Source of the DNA: an uncultured Armatimonadia bacterium | GTDB taxonomy: Bacteria > Armatimonadota > Zipacnadia > CAVVLO01 | Assembly: GCA_963749155.1 (NCBI GenBank) | Contig: CAVVLO010000002.1 | Location: 288,001-352,000, forward strand | Reading direction: 5' to 3' | Length of the DNA: 64,000 nucleotides | Shown: piece after piece, positions 48,009-57,919 of the stretch | Position numbering within the stretch: position 1 is the stretch's first letter | Layout: each line of letters begins with the position of its first letter | Notes under the pieces: generated by a model | Told to the model about the DNA's origin: nothing | Databases searched by the model: none | What the model saw: only the letters and a program-made list of their open reading frames with translations | Made by a program: the position numbers and the translations under genes

Positions 48009-48950
48009 CTAGTCTTCCGGATACGGTAAATCCGCAAGGGCTTTACGAGCCCGTTCGCAATCATGCTGAACCGCTTCGACCAGGGCACTCTCACTTGGAA
48101 AGGGCAGCTCGGGGCGGAGGAAAGTCGCGAACTCAAAACGCAACTTCTGATGATAGAGATCGCCTTCGAAATCGAGCAGATGCACTTCCGCCGATTCGAT
48201 CCCGTTATGCTGATTGACAGTGGGCCGAGTGCCGATATTACATAAGGCTGGTTGAGGCTCTCGCCCGCTGACGGTTGCCCAGCCTGCATAGACGCCATGC
48301 CTGGGCAGCAACTTGTCAGGATCAATTGTCAGGTTAGCGGTCGGGAATCCTAGCTCTTTGCCTCTCCCAAGTTCCTCGACGACCTGCCCGGTCAGTGAAT
48401 AGGGACGCCCGAGCAATCTGGCGGCCTTCTCCATCTGCCCGTGTCGCACTACTTCGCGAGTTCGACTGCTGGAGACAACCTCGCCCTCCAGCTTCACCCT
48501 GTCTACCACCAGAGCCTCGGCGCCAAGTCGCTGAGCGAGGTCGGTCAGCATCAACACATCGCCAGCAGAGCGATAACCGAATCTGAAGTTGGCTCCCGCT
48601 GCGACCAGCCTGGCATTGAGTTGGCCAATCAACACTTCCTTGAAGAAGCTCTCCGCGTTCATCCTGGCGAACTCGCGATCGAAGCGAAGGACCAGTACAT
48701 CGATCTGCCAATGCCCAAGCAGCTCGAGTTTCTCTTCCAGCAGAGAAAGCGCAAGGGTGTCTTCTTCGAGCACAATACGCGGGATCGGCCAGAAGGTTAC
48801 AACCAGAGGGCGGAGACCAAGCTCTTCGGCGCGCGCAAGCGTGCGCCTGATGAGGTGTTGATGGCCAACATGCACCCCATCAAAGCTGCCGACGGTGACG
48901 GCGCGCTCCGTCGTGGTCGAGTTATCCTGACGCAAATCGCGCAGGATCAT
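48009..48950 (-). CDS. ribF: bifunctional riboflavin kinase / FAD synthetase
   Basis: GSFDGVHVGHQ, NFRFG, VSSSR, LGFPTAN, NIGTRPT, EVHLLDF. Confidence 0.95.
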   Translation of the reverse strand: MILRDLRQDNSTTTERAVTVGSFDGVHVGHQHLIRRTLARAEELGLRPLVVTFWPIPRIVLEEDTLALSLLEEKLELLGHWQIDVLVLRFDREFARMNAESFFKEVLIGQLNARLVAAGANFRFGYRSAGDVLMLTDLAQRLGAEALVVDRVKLEGEVVSSSRTREVVRHGQMEKAARLLGRPYSLTGQVVEELGRGKELGFPTANLTIDPDKLLPRHGVYAGWATVSGREPQPALCNIGTRPTVNQHNGIESAEVHLLDFEGDLYHQKLRFEFATFLRPELPFPSESALVEAVQHDCERARKALADLPYPED

Positions 48951-49910
48951 CTCTCTGTCTCCTCCTGAGAAAGCATCACTTTTATCGGCGCTATGCCCGG
49001 GCCAGCTTCGGTTGCGGCAGCCCTGCCCAGCGCAATCAGTCGTCCATCGGCGGTCTCTACCCGCACCAGCTGACCGAATTTACCCGGCAAGGGCGACCTG
49101 GTCTGACGGGCGGTTATCGGCTGCCCGTGAGCGAGCACGCCTGCCGTTTCTGGCTCAATCTCCACCACAGGCAAATGAGCAACCAGCGTGCTGGGTGGGA
49201 GTAGCGCTCTGGCCAGTTCGCCAGCCTCCAGCAAGGCCTCGAACTCTTCCAGAGTAAGTGATTCTTCGAGTCTGAAAGGGCCAACTCGAGTGCGCAGAAG
49301 GCCCTTCAGATAACCGCCAACCCCGAGCGCTTCACCCAGCATCCGGGCCAGCGAACGAATATAAGTCCCCTTGCCACAGTCTATATCCGATAAAAAAGTG
49401 GCTTCCTCGCCCGGAAGGAAGCTGAGCTGCCTCAAACAGGAAAACTTCGACATCTTTGACCTTGGGAGTGACTTCCTGACCCGCTCGGACCTTTCGGTAC
49501 AGGGGTTGGCCATCCTGCTTCTGGGCACTGTAGATTGGCGAGGTCATCCTGAGAGGGCCTCGCAGAGCAGGCAAGGCTGCTTCAATATCGTCCAAAGTCA
49601 GGTGGCTGGCCGAGGTCTGGCTTAGCACCTGGCCTTCCTGATCGTCAGTATCAGTGGTGCGTCCAAGCCCAAACTCGGCCCGGTACGATTTGGTATCATC
49701 CTTGAGGAAATCGATGAGTCGGGTGGCAGGGCCGAAGCAGAGCACCAACACCCCTGCGGCGGCCGGATCAAGCGTCCCCGTGTGACCAGTTTTCACTTTG
49801 CCAAGCAACCTGCGGCAATAGGCGACGACATCGTGAGAGGTCATCCCTGCAGGTTTGAGCAGATTGGCTACGGCGCCCCCCGCCGCACGCGCTTGCGCGT
49901 CAGCCCTCAG
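48947..49910 (-). CDS. truB: tRNA pseudouridine(55) synthase (frameshift at ~49430; start approximate)
   Basis: KPAGMTSHDVV, GHTGTLDP, TDTDD, PIYSA in one frame; CGKGTYIRSLA and LLRTRVGPF in the next. Confidence 0.92.
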
Positions 49911-50898
49911 CGCTCTGCGCCCCCTTGGCTTGTCCTGCGATGGACTCAAGCAAGATACTGAAGGCTTCGCCTTTACCTCCAGGCACCGCACAACCTGCCG
50001 CTACCGCGTGGCCCCCGCCACCAAGTTCACGGCAGATAAGCCCAACGTTGCAGCACCCATTGGAACGCAGGCTTACTCTGGTATCACCTTCCGGTTGCTC
50101 AACCAGTAAGGCAGCGATAGAGCAGTTGGTGCTGCGCAACTCATCAATGATACCTTCGGTCTGGCCCATATCGGCGCCTGTCTCATCGAAGTCTCTCTGA
50201 TCGAGCCAGCTCCATACCAGGTCAAATTCTTCCATCCGTGAAGCCCGGGAGAGCGCCCTGCCGGGAAGAGCGAGCGAGGTTAACGGCACGCGATAGTAGA
50301 GTTCGTTGACAAGCAGTGTATGGTCAGCGCCAAGGCGCAACAGCTCGGAGGCGACAGCAAGGGCCTTGGAGGTCGTATTACTGAAGCAGAAGTTGCCTGT
50401 GTCGGTCATAATCGCCGCAAGAAGCAAGGTAGCGGCTTCTGGACTGATATTGGCGCCCATCAATTGAGCCAGGTCAAATACTATTTCCCCCACCGCGGAG
50501 GCTTTGGGATCAACATAACAGTGGTCACAGAAGCGTCTGTGGCTGGGGTGATGATCAAGTGAGGCAGTGTAGGTGGCCAGATTGAGCAAGCCCGAAGCTT
50601 TACCCAGTCGGTTTGAATTATCAGAATCCAGGAAAAGCGACAGTTCGACGGGTTCTTCAGGAAGCTCGGATTCGAACTGGCTGAGGTCTCTCAACAATCG
50701 ATATTTGGCGGGAGGCTCTTCCAGCAGCACTGGGTGTACCTGCTTGCCCAGCTCGGTCATTATCAGTCCGAGTCCACCTGCAGAACCCAGTGAATCACCA
50801 TCAGTGTGAATATGCCCGGCCAGCGCCAGAGACTTGACGCTGGTCAGCAGTTCGGCGATTTGCCGCAGCAAAATGGGGCTTGCAGATGGTTGGGACAT
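49900..50898 (-). CDS. nrnA: DHH/DHHA1 family oligoribonuclease / PAP phosphatase
   Basis: HIHTDGDSLGS, DHH, TDTGNF, VSLRS, GGGGH. Confidence 0.9.
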   Translation of the reverse strand: MSQPSASPILLRQIAELLTSVKSLALAGHIHTDGDSLGSAGGLGLIMTELGKQVHPVLLEEPPAKYRLLRDLSQFESELPEEPVELSLFLDSDNSNRLGKASGLLNLATYTASLDHHPSHRRFCDHCYVDPKASAVGEIVFDLAQLMGANISPEAATLLLAAIMTDTGNFCFSNTTSKALAVASELLRLGADHTLLVNELYYRVPLTSLALPGRALSRASRMEEFDLVWSWLDQRDFDETGADMGQTEGIIDELRSTNCSIAALLVEQPEGDTRVSLRSNGCCNVGLICRELGGGGHAVAAGCAVPGGKGEAFSILLESIAGQAKGAQSAEG

Positions 50899-50907
50899 CA
50901 GGCTGCC

Positions 50908-51297
50908 TTATTCTGGCACGTCATCTGCAGGCTGCGGGGCAGGCTCTGTTGAGTCTTCCTCTTTCACCTGTTTGATGAGTTGCTCTATATATTGCGCGTG
51001 GTCGAAACTGGGATCCAGCTCGAAACGCACCTGGGGCACGTGTTTCATATCGAGCCTGCGAATTAGCTGCCCCAGAATCCAGCCTTGCGCGCTACGCAGA
51101 CCTTCAAGCATCTTCAAGGCTTCTTCAGGCCCGCGCACGGTACTAACGTATACCTTCGCTTCGCGTAAATCGGCGGTCACTTTGACCTCGGTAACCGTCG
51201 CGAAGCTGACTCGTGGGTCCTTCAGCTCTTTGCGGATCATACCGCTTATCTCATCGCGCAGCAGGCGCTCTACTTTTATTTGTCTTCCAGAAGGCAT
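50908..51297 (-). CDS. rbfA: 30S ribosome-binding factor A
   Basis: LKDPRV, VTEVKVTADLREAKVYVS, HVPQVRFELD; ATG at 51297. Confidence 0.93.
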   Translation of the reverse strand: MPSGRQIKVERLLRDEISGMIRKELKDPRVSFATVTEVKVTADLREAKVYVSTVRGPEEALKMLEGLRSAQGWILGQLIRRLDMKHVPQVRFELDPSFDHAQYIEQLIKQVKEEDSTEPAPQPADDVPE

Positions 51298-51305
51298 ATT
51301 GGTCT

Positions 51306-51587
51306 CTACAGTAATTCTATTTGGGCTTTCGCCACGAAAACGGCGGGGTTGGCTTCGACTTCGTCGAGTATCGAGTTCAACATCTGACCGACCACTACCG
51401 AATCGGTTCCGATACAACAGAAACTGAGTTCGGCAGCTCGCCAAAAGTCATGCCGGCCGCTTTCTATTGCGGACACATTGTGCCGGTTTCGGATCCGATC
51501 GAGCTGGCTCTTAAGGATGCGCCGCTTGTCTTTCAGCGAGTTGGCATCGGTCAAGCGTAACTCAAGTGTGAGCAACCCGATAACCAT
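51306..51587 (-). CDS. ylxP: DUF503 (YlxP) protein
   Basis: SLKDKRRILKS, NVSAIE...HDFW; conserved position between infB and rbfA. Confidence 0.88.
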   Translation of the reverse strand: MVIGLLTLELRLTDANSLKDKRRILKSQLDRIRNRHNVSAIESGRHDFWRAAELSFCCIGTDSVVVGQMLNSILDEVEANPAVFVAKAQIELL

Positions 51588-51615
51588 CCAACCCGCTCAC
51601 CCTCGCAGCCAGTGC

Positions 51616-54426
51616 TTACAGGCGCCTTGCCGACTCCTGCAACTCAAAGCACTCTATGATATCGCCAACCTCGAAGTTATCGAAGTTACGCATCGTAATA
51701 CCGCACTCGAAGCCAGCGCGGATCTCGGTCCTGTCTTCCTGGATATGCTTGAGTGTTGTGACATCGCCTTCGGCAACAATTGTATCCTTGCGCTTTACGC
51801 GTACCTTGTTGTTGCGCCGGATGACGCCATCATTGACATAGCAACCTGCGATGGTGCCTACGCGCGAGAAGGAGAACAAAGCTCTCACTTCAGCATGACC
51901 AAGGATAATCTCCTTGACCTCTGGAGTGAGCATACCTTCCATAGCCAGACGCAAGTCTTCGACCAGATGGTAGATAATGTCATAAGTGCGTATCTGGACG
52001 CCTTCAGTCTCGGCCAGTTTGGTAGCTGTGCCATCTATACGCACTCCAAACCCAAGCACGATGGCATCGGAGGCGGCAGCCAGATGCACATCGCTGTCTG
52101 CGATGTTGCCAACGCCCAGATGAAGCATCTCGACCCGGATATCCTGACGCGGCAGGTTGCTGAGTGCGTTTTCGAGAGCATCGAGCATACCCTTGTCGCG
52201 AGCCTTCAACACCAGTGGCAGGGCCTTTACGACGCCTTCTTCCACTTTGCTGCGCAGTTCTTCCAGCGTGATGTGCCTGGCCGAACGAGCCTGTTTCTCG
52301 ACTTCCGTCCGGGCTTCGACCAGTATCCTGGCCTCTTTGGGAGAGGCCACAACTTCGACGAGTTCGCCAGCTGCGGGCACATCGTTAAGTCCACTGACCT
52401 GCACCGCGGTCGAGGGGCCAGCTTTGTCCAGTTTGCGTCCGCTGGCTGAGACCATAGCTCTCACGCGGCCATATGCGGTACCAGAAACAAGCATATCGCC
52501 CGCCGAAAGGGTGCCCTGCTTCACTATGATAGTAGCCAGAGCGCCTTGACTGGTGTCTATACCGGCTTCGATAACAACGCCCCGGGCCAGCCCGGTCGGA
52601 TTGCCTTTCAGCTCTTCCATCTCGGCGGTAATCCGGATGATATCGAGCAGATCGCTTACATGCTCACCGGTCTTGGCTGACAGCGACACCATAGGCACAG
52701 TGCCACCCCAGTCCTCTGCATTGAGTCCATATTCAGCCAGCTCGGACTTCACTCGATCGGGATTCGCGCCAGCCGAGTCGATTTTGTTGATGGCCACGAT
52801 GATTGGCACTTTGGCCGCTTTCGCGTGATCTATGGCCTCGATGGTCTGAGGACGTACTCCGTCATCTGCGGCTACTACCAGGATGACGATATCTGTAACC
52901 ATCGCCCCACGAGCGCGCATCTGAGTGAAAGCCTCATGGCCGGGAGTGTCGATAAAGACGATGCGTTCGCCCTCTACCTCGATCTCGGAAGCGCCGATGC
53001 TCTGCGTGATACCGCCGGCTTCCCCTTCCGCCACTTTTGTGTTGCGGATGGAATCGAGCAAGGTCGTCTTGCCATGGTCGACGTGCCCCATAACTGTCAC
53101 GACGGGTGAACGCTTCTCGAGGTCTTCTTCGTTTACCTGGCTGACATCGCCAGTCTGCTGGGCCTCGGTAATCTGGTTGCGCTGGGTATCCTCGTCAGTC
53201 TTCACGACGACGGTTATCTCGAACTGACGACCAATCTCCTCGGCGAGAGTGGCATCGATAGTTGCGGTAACAGGCATCGGATTGCCGATTTCCATCAGCA
53301 TAAGCACCAGGTCAGAAGCTGGCTTCTTTATGAGCTGAGCGAACTCCTGAACGGTGATCTCCTCCGGCACTTCTACGAGCTCCGGCGAGATCTCGACAAT
53401 CTGTTGCTTGGGCACCTTGTAACTGCGGCGACTGCGCCTGGGGCGAGGCGCCCTGCCCGTAAATCCCTCGTGCGATGTATCTTGCTGGGGCTTGCGCGGA
53501 GCGCCAGCTTTATCCCTTGCGGCTACTCCACCGGCTTTAGACTTATCGCCAGGTTTCGCAGTGCGTTTGGTAGGTGGTTTGGTAGCGGGCTTGGCCGCAG
53601 CCGCAGCATCAGGACGCGCCGGGCGGTCGGAAGAAGGCCTGCCACCGGGCCCTGCCGGACGTGCCGGACGGTCGCCTGGACGGCCAGCGCCTGGGGGGCC
53701 ACCGGGACGACCTGCGCCTGTGGGCCTGTCACCAGGACGACCTGCGCCTGGGGGGCCACTGGGACGACCCGCGCCTGTTGGGCGCTCACCAGGGCGACCA
53801 GGAGGACGCTCGCCAGGACGGCTTGGGCCAGTTGGACGATCTCCAGGTCTTGTTGGCCTGTCGGTTGGCCGACTTGCCCCTGCAGGCCGGTCACTTGGGC
53901 GTCCAGGGGGACGTTCGCCAGGGCGTGTCGGCCTGTCACCTGGGCGACCTGCCCCAGAGGGGCGCTCGCCTGGGCGTCCAGGGGGACGTTCGCCAGTGGT
54001 TGGCCTGTCAGTGACAGGCGGCTTTTCGCTAGTTGCTGGTTTGTCAGCGACAGGAGGCCGAGGCTCACTGCTAGTCGGCCCGGCTTCGCTTACAGGCTGA
54101 GCAGGCTGCGCGGGAGGAGCTTGTTCAACTGTGGGAGTTTCAGCTTTCTCGGCCACAGGAGCCTGGGGAGCTGGCGCCTCTTTTACCGGCGGAGCTTCCT
54201 GGACCTTGGGCTCTGCCACTTGAGGTTTGCTTTCCACAGGAGGAGCCTCTGCCGCAGCGCTTGCATGCAAGGCTACCGCCTTTCTGGCCGCCTCGAGATG
54301 CTCCATATCAACCGCTATGCTATGGGTAGCTGCCTTTACGCCAAGCGCTTTGAGTTCGTCCATTAGCGCCTTCGTAGAGATGCCCCATTGTTTCGCTGCT
54401 TTGTAGATGCGTTCTTGTTCCGCCAT
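51616..54426 (-). CDS. infB: translation initiation factor IF-2
   Basis: [29 protein letters not shown]. Confidence 0.97.
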   Translation of the reverse strand: MAEQERIYKAAKQWGISTKALMDELKALGVKAATHSIAVDMEHLEAARKAVALHASAAAEAPPVESKPQVAEPKVQEAPPVKEAPAPQAPVAEKAETPTVEQAPPAQPAQPVSEAGPTSSEPRPPVADKPATSEKPPVTDRPTTGERPPGRPGERPSGAGRPGDRPTRPGERPPGRPSDRPAGASRPTDRPTRPGDRPTGPSRPGERPPGRPGERPTGAGRPSGPPGAGRPGDRPTGAGRPGGPPGAGRPGDRPARPAGPGGRPSSDRPARPDAAAAAKPATKPPTKRTAKPGDKSKAGGVAARDKAGAPRKPQQDTSHEGFTGRAPRPRRSRRSYKVPKQQIVEISPELVEVPEEITVQEFAQLIKKPASDLVLMLMEIGNPMPVTATIDATLAEEIGRQFEITVVVKTDEDTQRNQITEAQQTGDVSQVNEEDLEKRSPVVTVMGHVDHGKTTLLDSIRNTKVAEGEAGGITQSIGASEIEVEGERIVFIDTPGHEAFTQMRARGAMVTDIVILVVAADDGVRPQTIEAIDHAKAAKVPIIVAINKIDSAGANPDRVKSELAEYGLNAEDWGGTVPMVSLSAKTGEHVSDLLDIIRITAEMEELKGNPTGLARGVVIEAGIDTSQGALATIIVKQGTLSAGDMLVSGTAYGRVRAMVSASGRKLDKAGPSTAVQVSGLNDVPAAGELVEVVASPKEARILVEARTEVEKQARSARHITLEELRSKVEEGVVKALPLVLKARDKGMLDALENALSNLPRQDIRVEMLHLGVGNIADSDVHLAAASDAIVLGFGVRIDGTATKLAETEGVQIRTYDIIYHLVEDLRLAMEGMLTPEVKEIILGHAEVRALFSFSRVGTIAGCYVNDGVIRRNNKVRVKRKDTIVAEGDVTTLKHIQEDRTEIRAGFECGITMRNFDNFEVGDIIECFELQESARRL
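53620..54010 (-). repeat. Arg/Pro/Gly-rich tandem repeats in the IF-2 N-terminal linker
   Basis: Repeated RPG(E/D)RP, GAGRPG and PPGRP units. Confidence 0.85.
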
Positions 54427-54441
54427 AAACTGCCCCAGGGA

Positions 54442-54730
54442 CTAGCCCTGCTGGCCCTCCTTAAGGCCGATCTCGGCCCTTAGATCCTTAATCAGTTCGG
54501 GCGTGATTCTGCCGCCCAGCTTGCCTGCGGCGCGCCCCTTCTCGAGCAACACAAGACACTCTTCCCGCGGGCACACATAAGCCCCGCGCCCGGGCAGCCT
54601 TGCCGCTTGGGTCATAGCGAAGCGGCTGGCCCTCTGCTCCCTGGACCAGCTTAAGCAAGGCGTGCTTTGCCGTCCGCTCTCTGCAGACTACGCAGGAGCG
54701 CACCGGCGTATGCTTCTTGCGTGACCCCAT
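54442..54730 (-). CDS. ylxR: YlxR/RnpM (DUF448) RNA-binding protein (frameshift at ~54600)
   Basis: PVRSCVVCRER...DPSGK, then a shifted frame LPGRGAYVCPREEC...TAG at 54442. Confidence 0.85.
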
Positions 54731-54766
54731 AATACTCGCTTGACGCTCGAATGGCTACCCAGTGAC

Positions 54767-55903
54767 TTATTCTTCTGCCTGTTCGGCTGCTTCCGGTATT
54801 TCCGGCTCGACCGAAGACTGCTCGCCTTCTTCAGTTGGTTCGTCCTTATCCTCGAGTTCTGCCTCGGGCTGGGGCGTTGTGCTTCGGATATCTATACGCC
54901 ACCCGGTGACTTTGGCCGCCAGTCTTACATTTTGCCCCTGGCGTCCGATGGCAAGCGAAAGCTGCGAGTCATCAGCCAGCACCAACGCTGCATGATTCTC
55001 TTCGTCGATTATTACGCGTTTGACATCGGCAGGCTTGAGCGATTCGCGCACAAACTCGGCTGGATCTTCGCTCCACCGCACTATGTCAAGCTTCTCATTA
55101 CCAAGTTCATCGGTTACAGCCTGCACACGGGAGCCTCTGGCCCCAACGCAGGCGCCAACCGCATCCACATGGCTATCGTTGGAATACACTGCGACCTTGG
55201 AACGCTGACCAGCTTCCCGGGCGATGGCCTTTAGTTCGACCAGGCCTTCTTCGACTTCGGGAGCTTCCAGCTCAAACAAACGCCGTATAAGGTTGGGATG
55301 CGAACGCGACAGCACCATCTCGGGCCCTTTGCTGGTCTTGCGCACGTGAAGGACATAAAACTTCATCCTGTCACCAGCGCGATACCGCTCGCCCACCGGC
55401 TGCTCGTTGGGAGGGAGGATGGCCTCGATGCGCCCCACGTCTACGTAGACATTGCGCCCTTCGGCTCGCTGCACCTGCCCGTTGACGATTTCGCCTTCCT
55501 TGTCCGCCAACTCATCGTAGATGGCGTCCCGCTCGGCTTCGCGGATACGCTGTAACACCACCTGCTTGGCGGTCTGGGCGGCGATACGACCAAAGTCTTT
55601 TGGCGTGACTTCAAAACGTACCGTCTGGCCTACTTCAACAGTGGGATCAATCTCACGAGCAGGCTCAAGGGCAAGCTCCATCGAAGGATCTGTAACCCGA
55701 GCCACCACTTGTTTCTCGGCGAATACTCGGAACTGGGCGTTAGCGGGATTGTATTCGACATCAACTTCAGCGCCCAGGCCAAGCTGCTTTTTGCAGGCAA
55801 GGGCCAACGCGCCAGTAATAGCCTCGAGCAAGGCAGCTTCCGATATGCCCTTCTCGCGCTCCAGCTCTTTCAGCACATAGAGTAGATTCTGATTCTGATT
55901 CAT
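54767..55903 (-). CDS. nusA: transcription termination/antitermination factor NusA
   Basis: FGRIAAQTAKQV, LSRSHP, AREAGQRSK, ACVGARGSR, SLAIGRQGQNVRLA. Confidence 0.97.
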   Translation of the reverse strand: MNQNQNLLYVLKELEREKGISEAALLEAITGALALACKKQLGLGAEVDVEYNPANAQFRVFAEKQVVARVTDPSMELALEPAREIDPTVEVGQTVRFEVTPKDFGRIAAQTAKQVVLQRIREAERDAIYDELADKEGEIVNGQVQRAEGRNVYVDVGRIEAILPPNEQPVGERYRAGDRMKFYVLHVRKTSKGPEMVLSRSHPNLIRRLFELEAPEVEEGLVELKAIAREAGQRSKVAVYSNDSHVDAVGACVGARGSRVQAVTDELGNEKLDIVRWSEDPAEFVRESLKPADVKRVIIDEENHAALVLADDSQLSLAIGRQGQNVRLAAKVTGWRIDIRSTTPQPEAELEDKDEPTEEGEQSSVEPEIPEAAEQAEE

Positions 55904-55939
55904 ATGCTCATCCCCACTCTCCAGAGACTGCGCCAGGCC

Positions 55940-56407
55940 TTAGTCGTCCCACTCATACTTGACATTGGCCTTGGCGATATCCGCAAACGGAAGCAGCCAT
56001 TCTTTGCCACTGCCGTCTTCGGCTTCCAGTCTCGCCATATTGTCTTCGAAAGCCATCAATCGCCCGTTAAAGTGTTTCTGTCCCTGTAAGGGCGTCTTCA
56101 GGCTGAGCTTCACCAGGCAGCCTACCGCCGCTGCAAAGTGAGCTGGTTTTACCAGGGGCCGGTCAAGGCCAGGCGATGAGACGCGCAGAGAATACCCTCC
56201 GGCAAACACCCTTGCGGTGTCGAGAAAGCCTCCAGCGCGTTCTGCCACCAGTTCGCAGTCATCCGAAGAAATGCCCCCTGGCTTGTCGATTACAAGCTCC
56301 AGGCGCACTCCATCTCGTTGCATACTTAGCTGATGCAACACCAACTCGAAGCCGAAATCGGAGCAGATAGCTTCGACCTCGCGCAACTCCTCGGGACGCA
56401 GCTCCAC
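55940..56407 (-). CDS. rimP: ribosome maturation factor RimP
   Basis: IDKPGGIS.DDC, YSLRVSSPGLDRPL. Confidence 0.93.
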   Translation of the reverse strand: MELRPEELREVEAICSDFGFELVLHQLSMQRDGVRLELVIDKPGGISSDDCELVAERAGGFLDTARVFAGGYSLRVSSPGLDRPLVKPAHFAAAVGCLVKLSLKTPLQGQKHFNGRLMAFEDNMARLEAEDGSGKEWLLPFADIAKANVKYEWDD

Positions 56408-56443
56408 TCTCTATTCGCCTCCGAACTGGGCCAAGGCTAATTG

Positions 56444-56475
56444 CAAAAGCAAAGAGTGGGTAGGCACCCACTCTT
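56444..56475 (-). promoter_or_regulatory. rimP leader hairpin / attenuator
   Basis: Stem AAGAGTGGGT/ACCCACTCTT with a 4-nt loop, followed by TGCTTTT on the minus strand; an AGAGTGGG/CCCACTCT hairpin is commonly seen upstream of rimP. Confidence 0.7.
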
Positions 56476-56505
56476 CGGCCCTTCCTCCCATACCCTGTTG
56501 TTTGA

Positions 56506-56534
56506 ATTATAGCATACCTCCAGGGGCCTGCAAA
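56506..56534 (-). promoter_or_regulatory. promoter of the rimP-nusA-infB operon
   Basis: Minus strand TTTGCA...TGcTATAAT (extended -10). Confidence 0.65.
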
Positions 56535-56546
56535 GGAGAAACGCCC

Positions 56547-57704
56547 CTACGGGGCAAGCTTCCGCCAGGCCTCGCGCAGCTTTTCCTTAGTCCATAACTT
56601 GTAATAACAGCGCTGGTTGCAAAGCCCACAACTATTACACTCAGCAGGGGTTGGACTGAGCTGGCTGGCCTTGTGCCTGGCTACTTCTCTTTGCCCAAAC
56701 CAGTCCTTGTGGGCGGCTACCTCGGCCGGATCCAGTTCGGCTTCTGTAGCTGGATTGTCAAGTTGCCTGTCGTACCAGCCCTCCAGCTCGAACACTTTGG
56801 GGATATCTATGCCGACCGGACACGGCAGGCAGCGTCCGCATTGGCGACATACAGCATTGCCAAGTTCAGGTGACCGCTTGATTAATCCAGCGAATTCGCG
56901 AGTGCTAACCGGCACCAGGTCTCGCACAACGGCCAGGTCGGCCTCAAGCTGAGCGAGTGACTCAACCCCGCAAGTGACACAGGAGGTCGGCAAGGAGAGG
57001 GAATATCTGAGCGCTTCAGTCGCCGATGCCTTCAGAAGCCCGTCTCCAAAGGCCTTCATTCCGATAAGTGCAATCCCCTTTTCGACACAGTAAGGGATCA
57101 GCTTCTCCCAGATAATCGGGAAGTTGAACCTGTCCAGATAATTGAGGATTACAAGCGTGGAATCCCAGTCATAGCGCTGCATTGCCTCATACTGGATATC
57201 CGGATTATGGCTCGACAGGCTAAGATAACGCACTTTACCTTCCCGCCGTGCCTTTTCCGCATACTCCATTGCCCCGCCCGGGGCAAATATCGTAGCCAGT
57301 TCAGCGGGCGTCGAGATGTTATGCATACGCCACTCATCGAGGTGGTCAATGCCCAGATTGGCCAGGGTGCCTTCCAGCAACCGTTCGGACCCTGCAGCCG
57401 TTCTGTCATGCGTCTTGGAGACCACCCAGGCTTCACTTCGACGAGCCTTCACGACAGGGCCGGCCTTCTGTTCCACAGTAGGATAGCTGGGGGCGAAGTC
57501 GAGATAGGTCATCCCTTCATCCAGGGCTCGATTGAGGATGGTCTCAACTTCGCCTTGGGGCAAATCGCGTAAGGCGAAACCACCGATACCGATACTTGAG
57601 ACATACTCCTTGCTGCGACCGAATTTTCTGAGTGGAACAGGCCCGGGGCTTGATAACTCTCCAATCTGAGTCCTGGTCAGCAAGCGCTCCTGGTTAAGTA
57701 GCAT
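56547..57704 (-). CDS. aldo/keto reductase with C-terminal 4Fe-4S dicluster domain
   Basis: IGIGG, YLDFAPSY, VSKT, GMKAFG; CRQCGRCLPC and CNSCGLCNQRC. Confidence 0.85.
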   Translation of the reverse strand: MLLNQERLLTRTQIGELSSPGPVPLRKFGRSKEYVSSIGIGGFALRDLPQGEVETILNRALDEGMTYLDFAPSYPTVEQKAGPVVKARRSEAWVVSKTHDRTAAGSERLLEGTLANLGIDHLDEWRMHNISTPAELATIFAPGGAMEYAEKARREGKVRYLSLSSHNPDIQYEAMQRYDWDSTLVILNYLDRFNFPIIWEKLIPYCVEKGIALIGMKAFGDGLLKASATEALRYSLSLPTSCVTCGVESLAQLEADLAVVRDLVPVSTREFAGLIKRSPELGNAVCRQCGRCLPCPVGIDIPKVFELEGWYDRQLDNPATEAELDPAEVAAHKDWFGQREVARHKASQLSPTPAECNSCGLCNQRCYYKLWTKEKLREAWRKLAP

Positions 57705-57919
57705 CTCCGACCTCCATATTTGTATTTGCCCTTATTCTACAGCACCACCGGCTGCCGGCAAGGGACGGCAATTGTACGGCCATTTGCCGTAAAAAATCGT
57801 TAGGTATAGCGAAGGGCTTTGCAGCACTTGCGTCAGTGACGCCATCCTGGGCCTTCCTGTTATAAGTAATACGTTGCCGCCCACGGGCGGTTTATCTTTT
57901 TTAAAGGAGCGTGATTTCA

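Noticed and set aside
48947..49991. Programmed frameshifting or pseudogenisation of truB
   Set aside because: No known precedent or clear slippery signal, and indel errors are widespread in this window.
51478..54366. Long plus-strand ORFs opposite infB (and similar antisense ORFs throughout the window)
   Set aside because: Shadow ORFs caused by GC-rich codon bias and repeats; no recognisable motifs.
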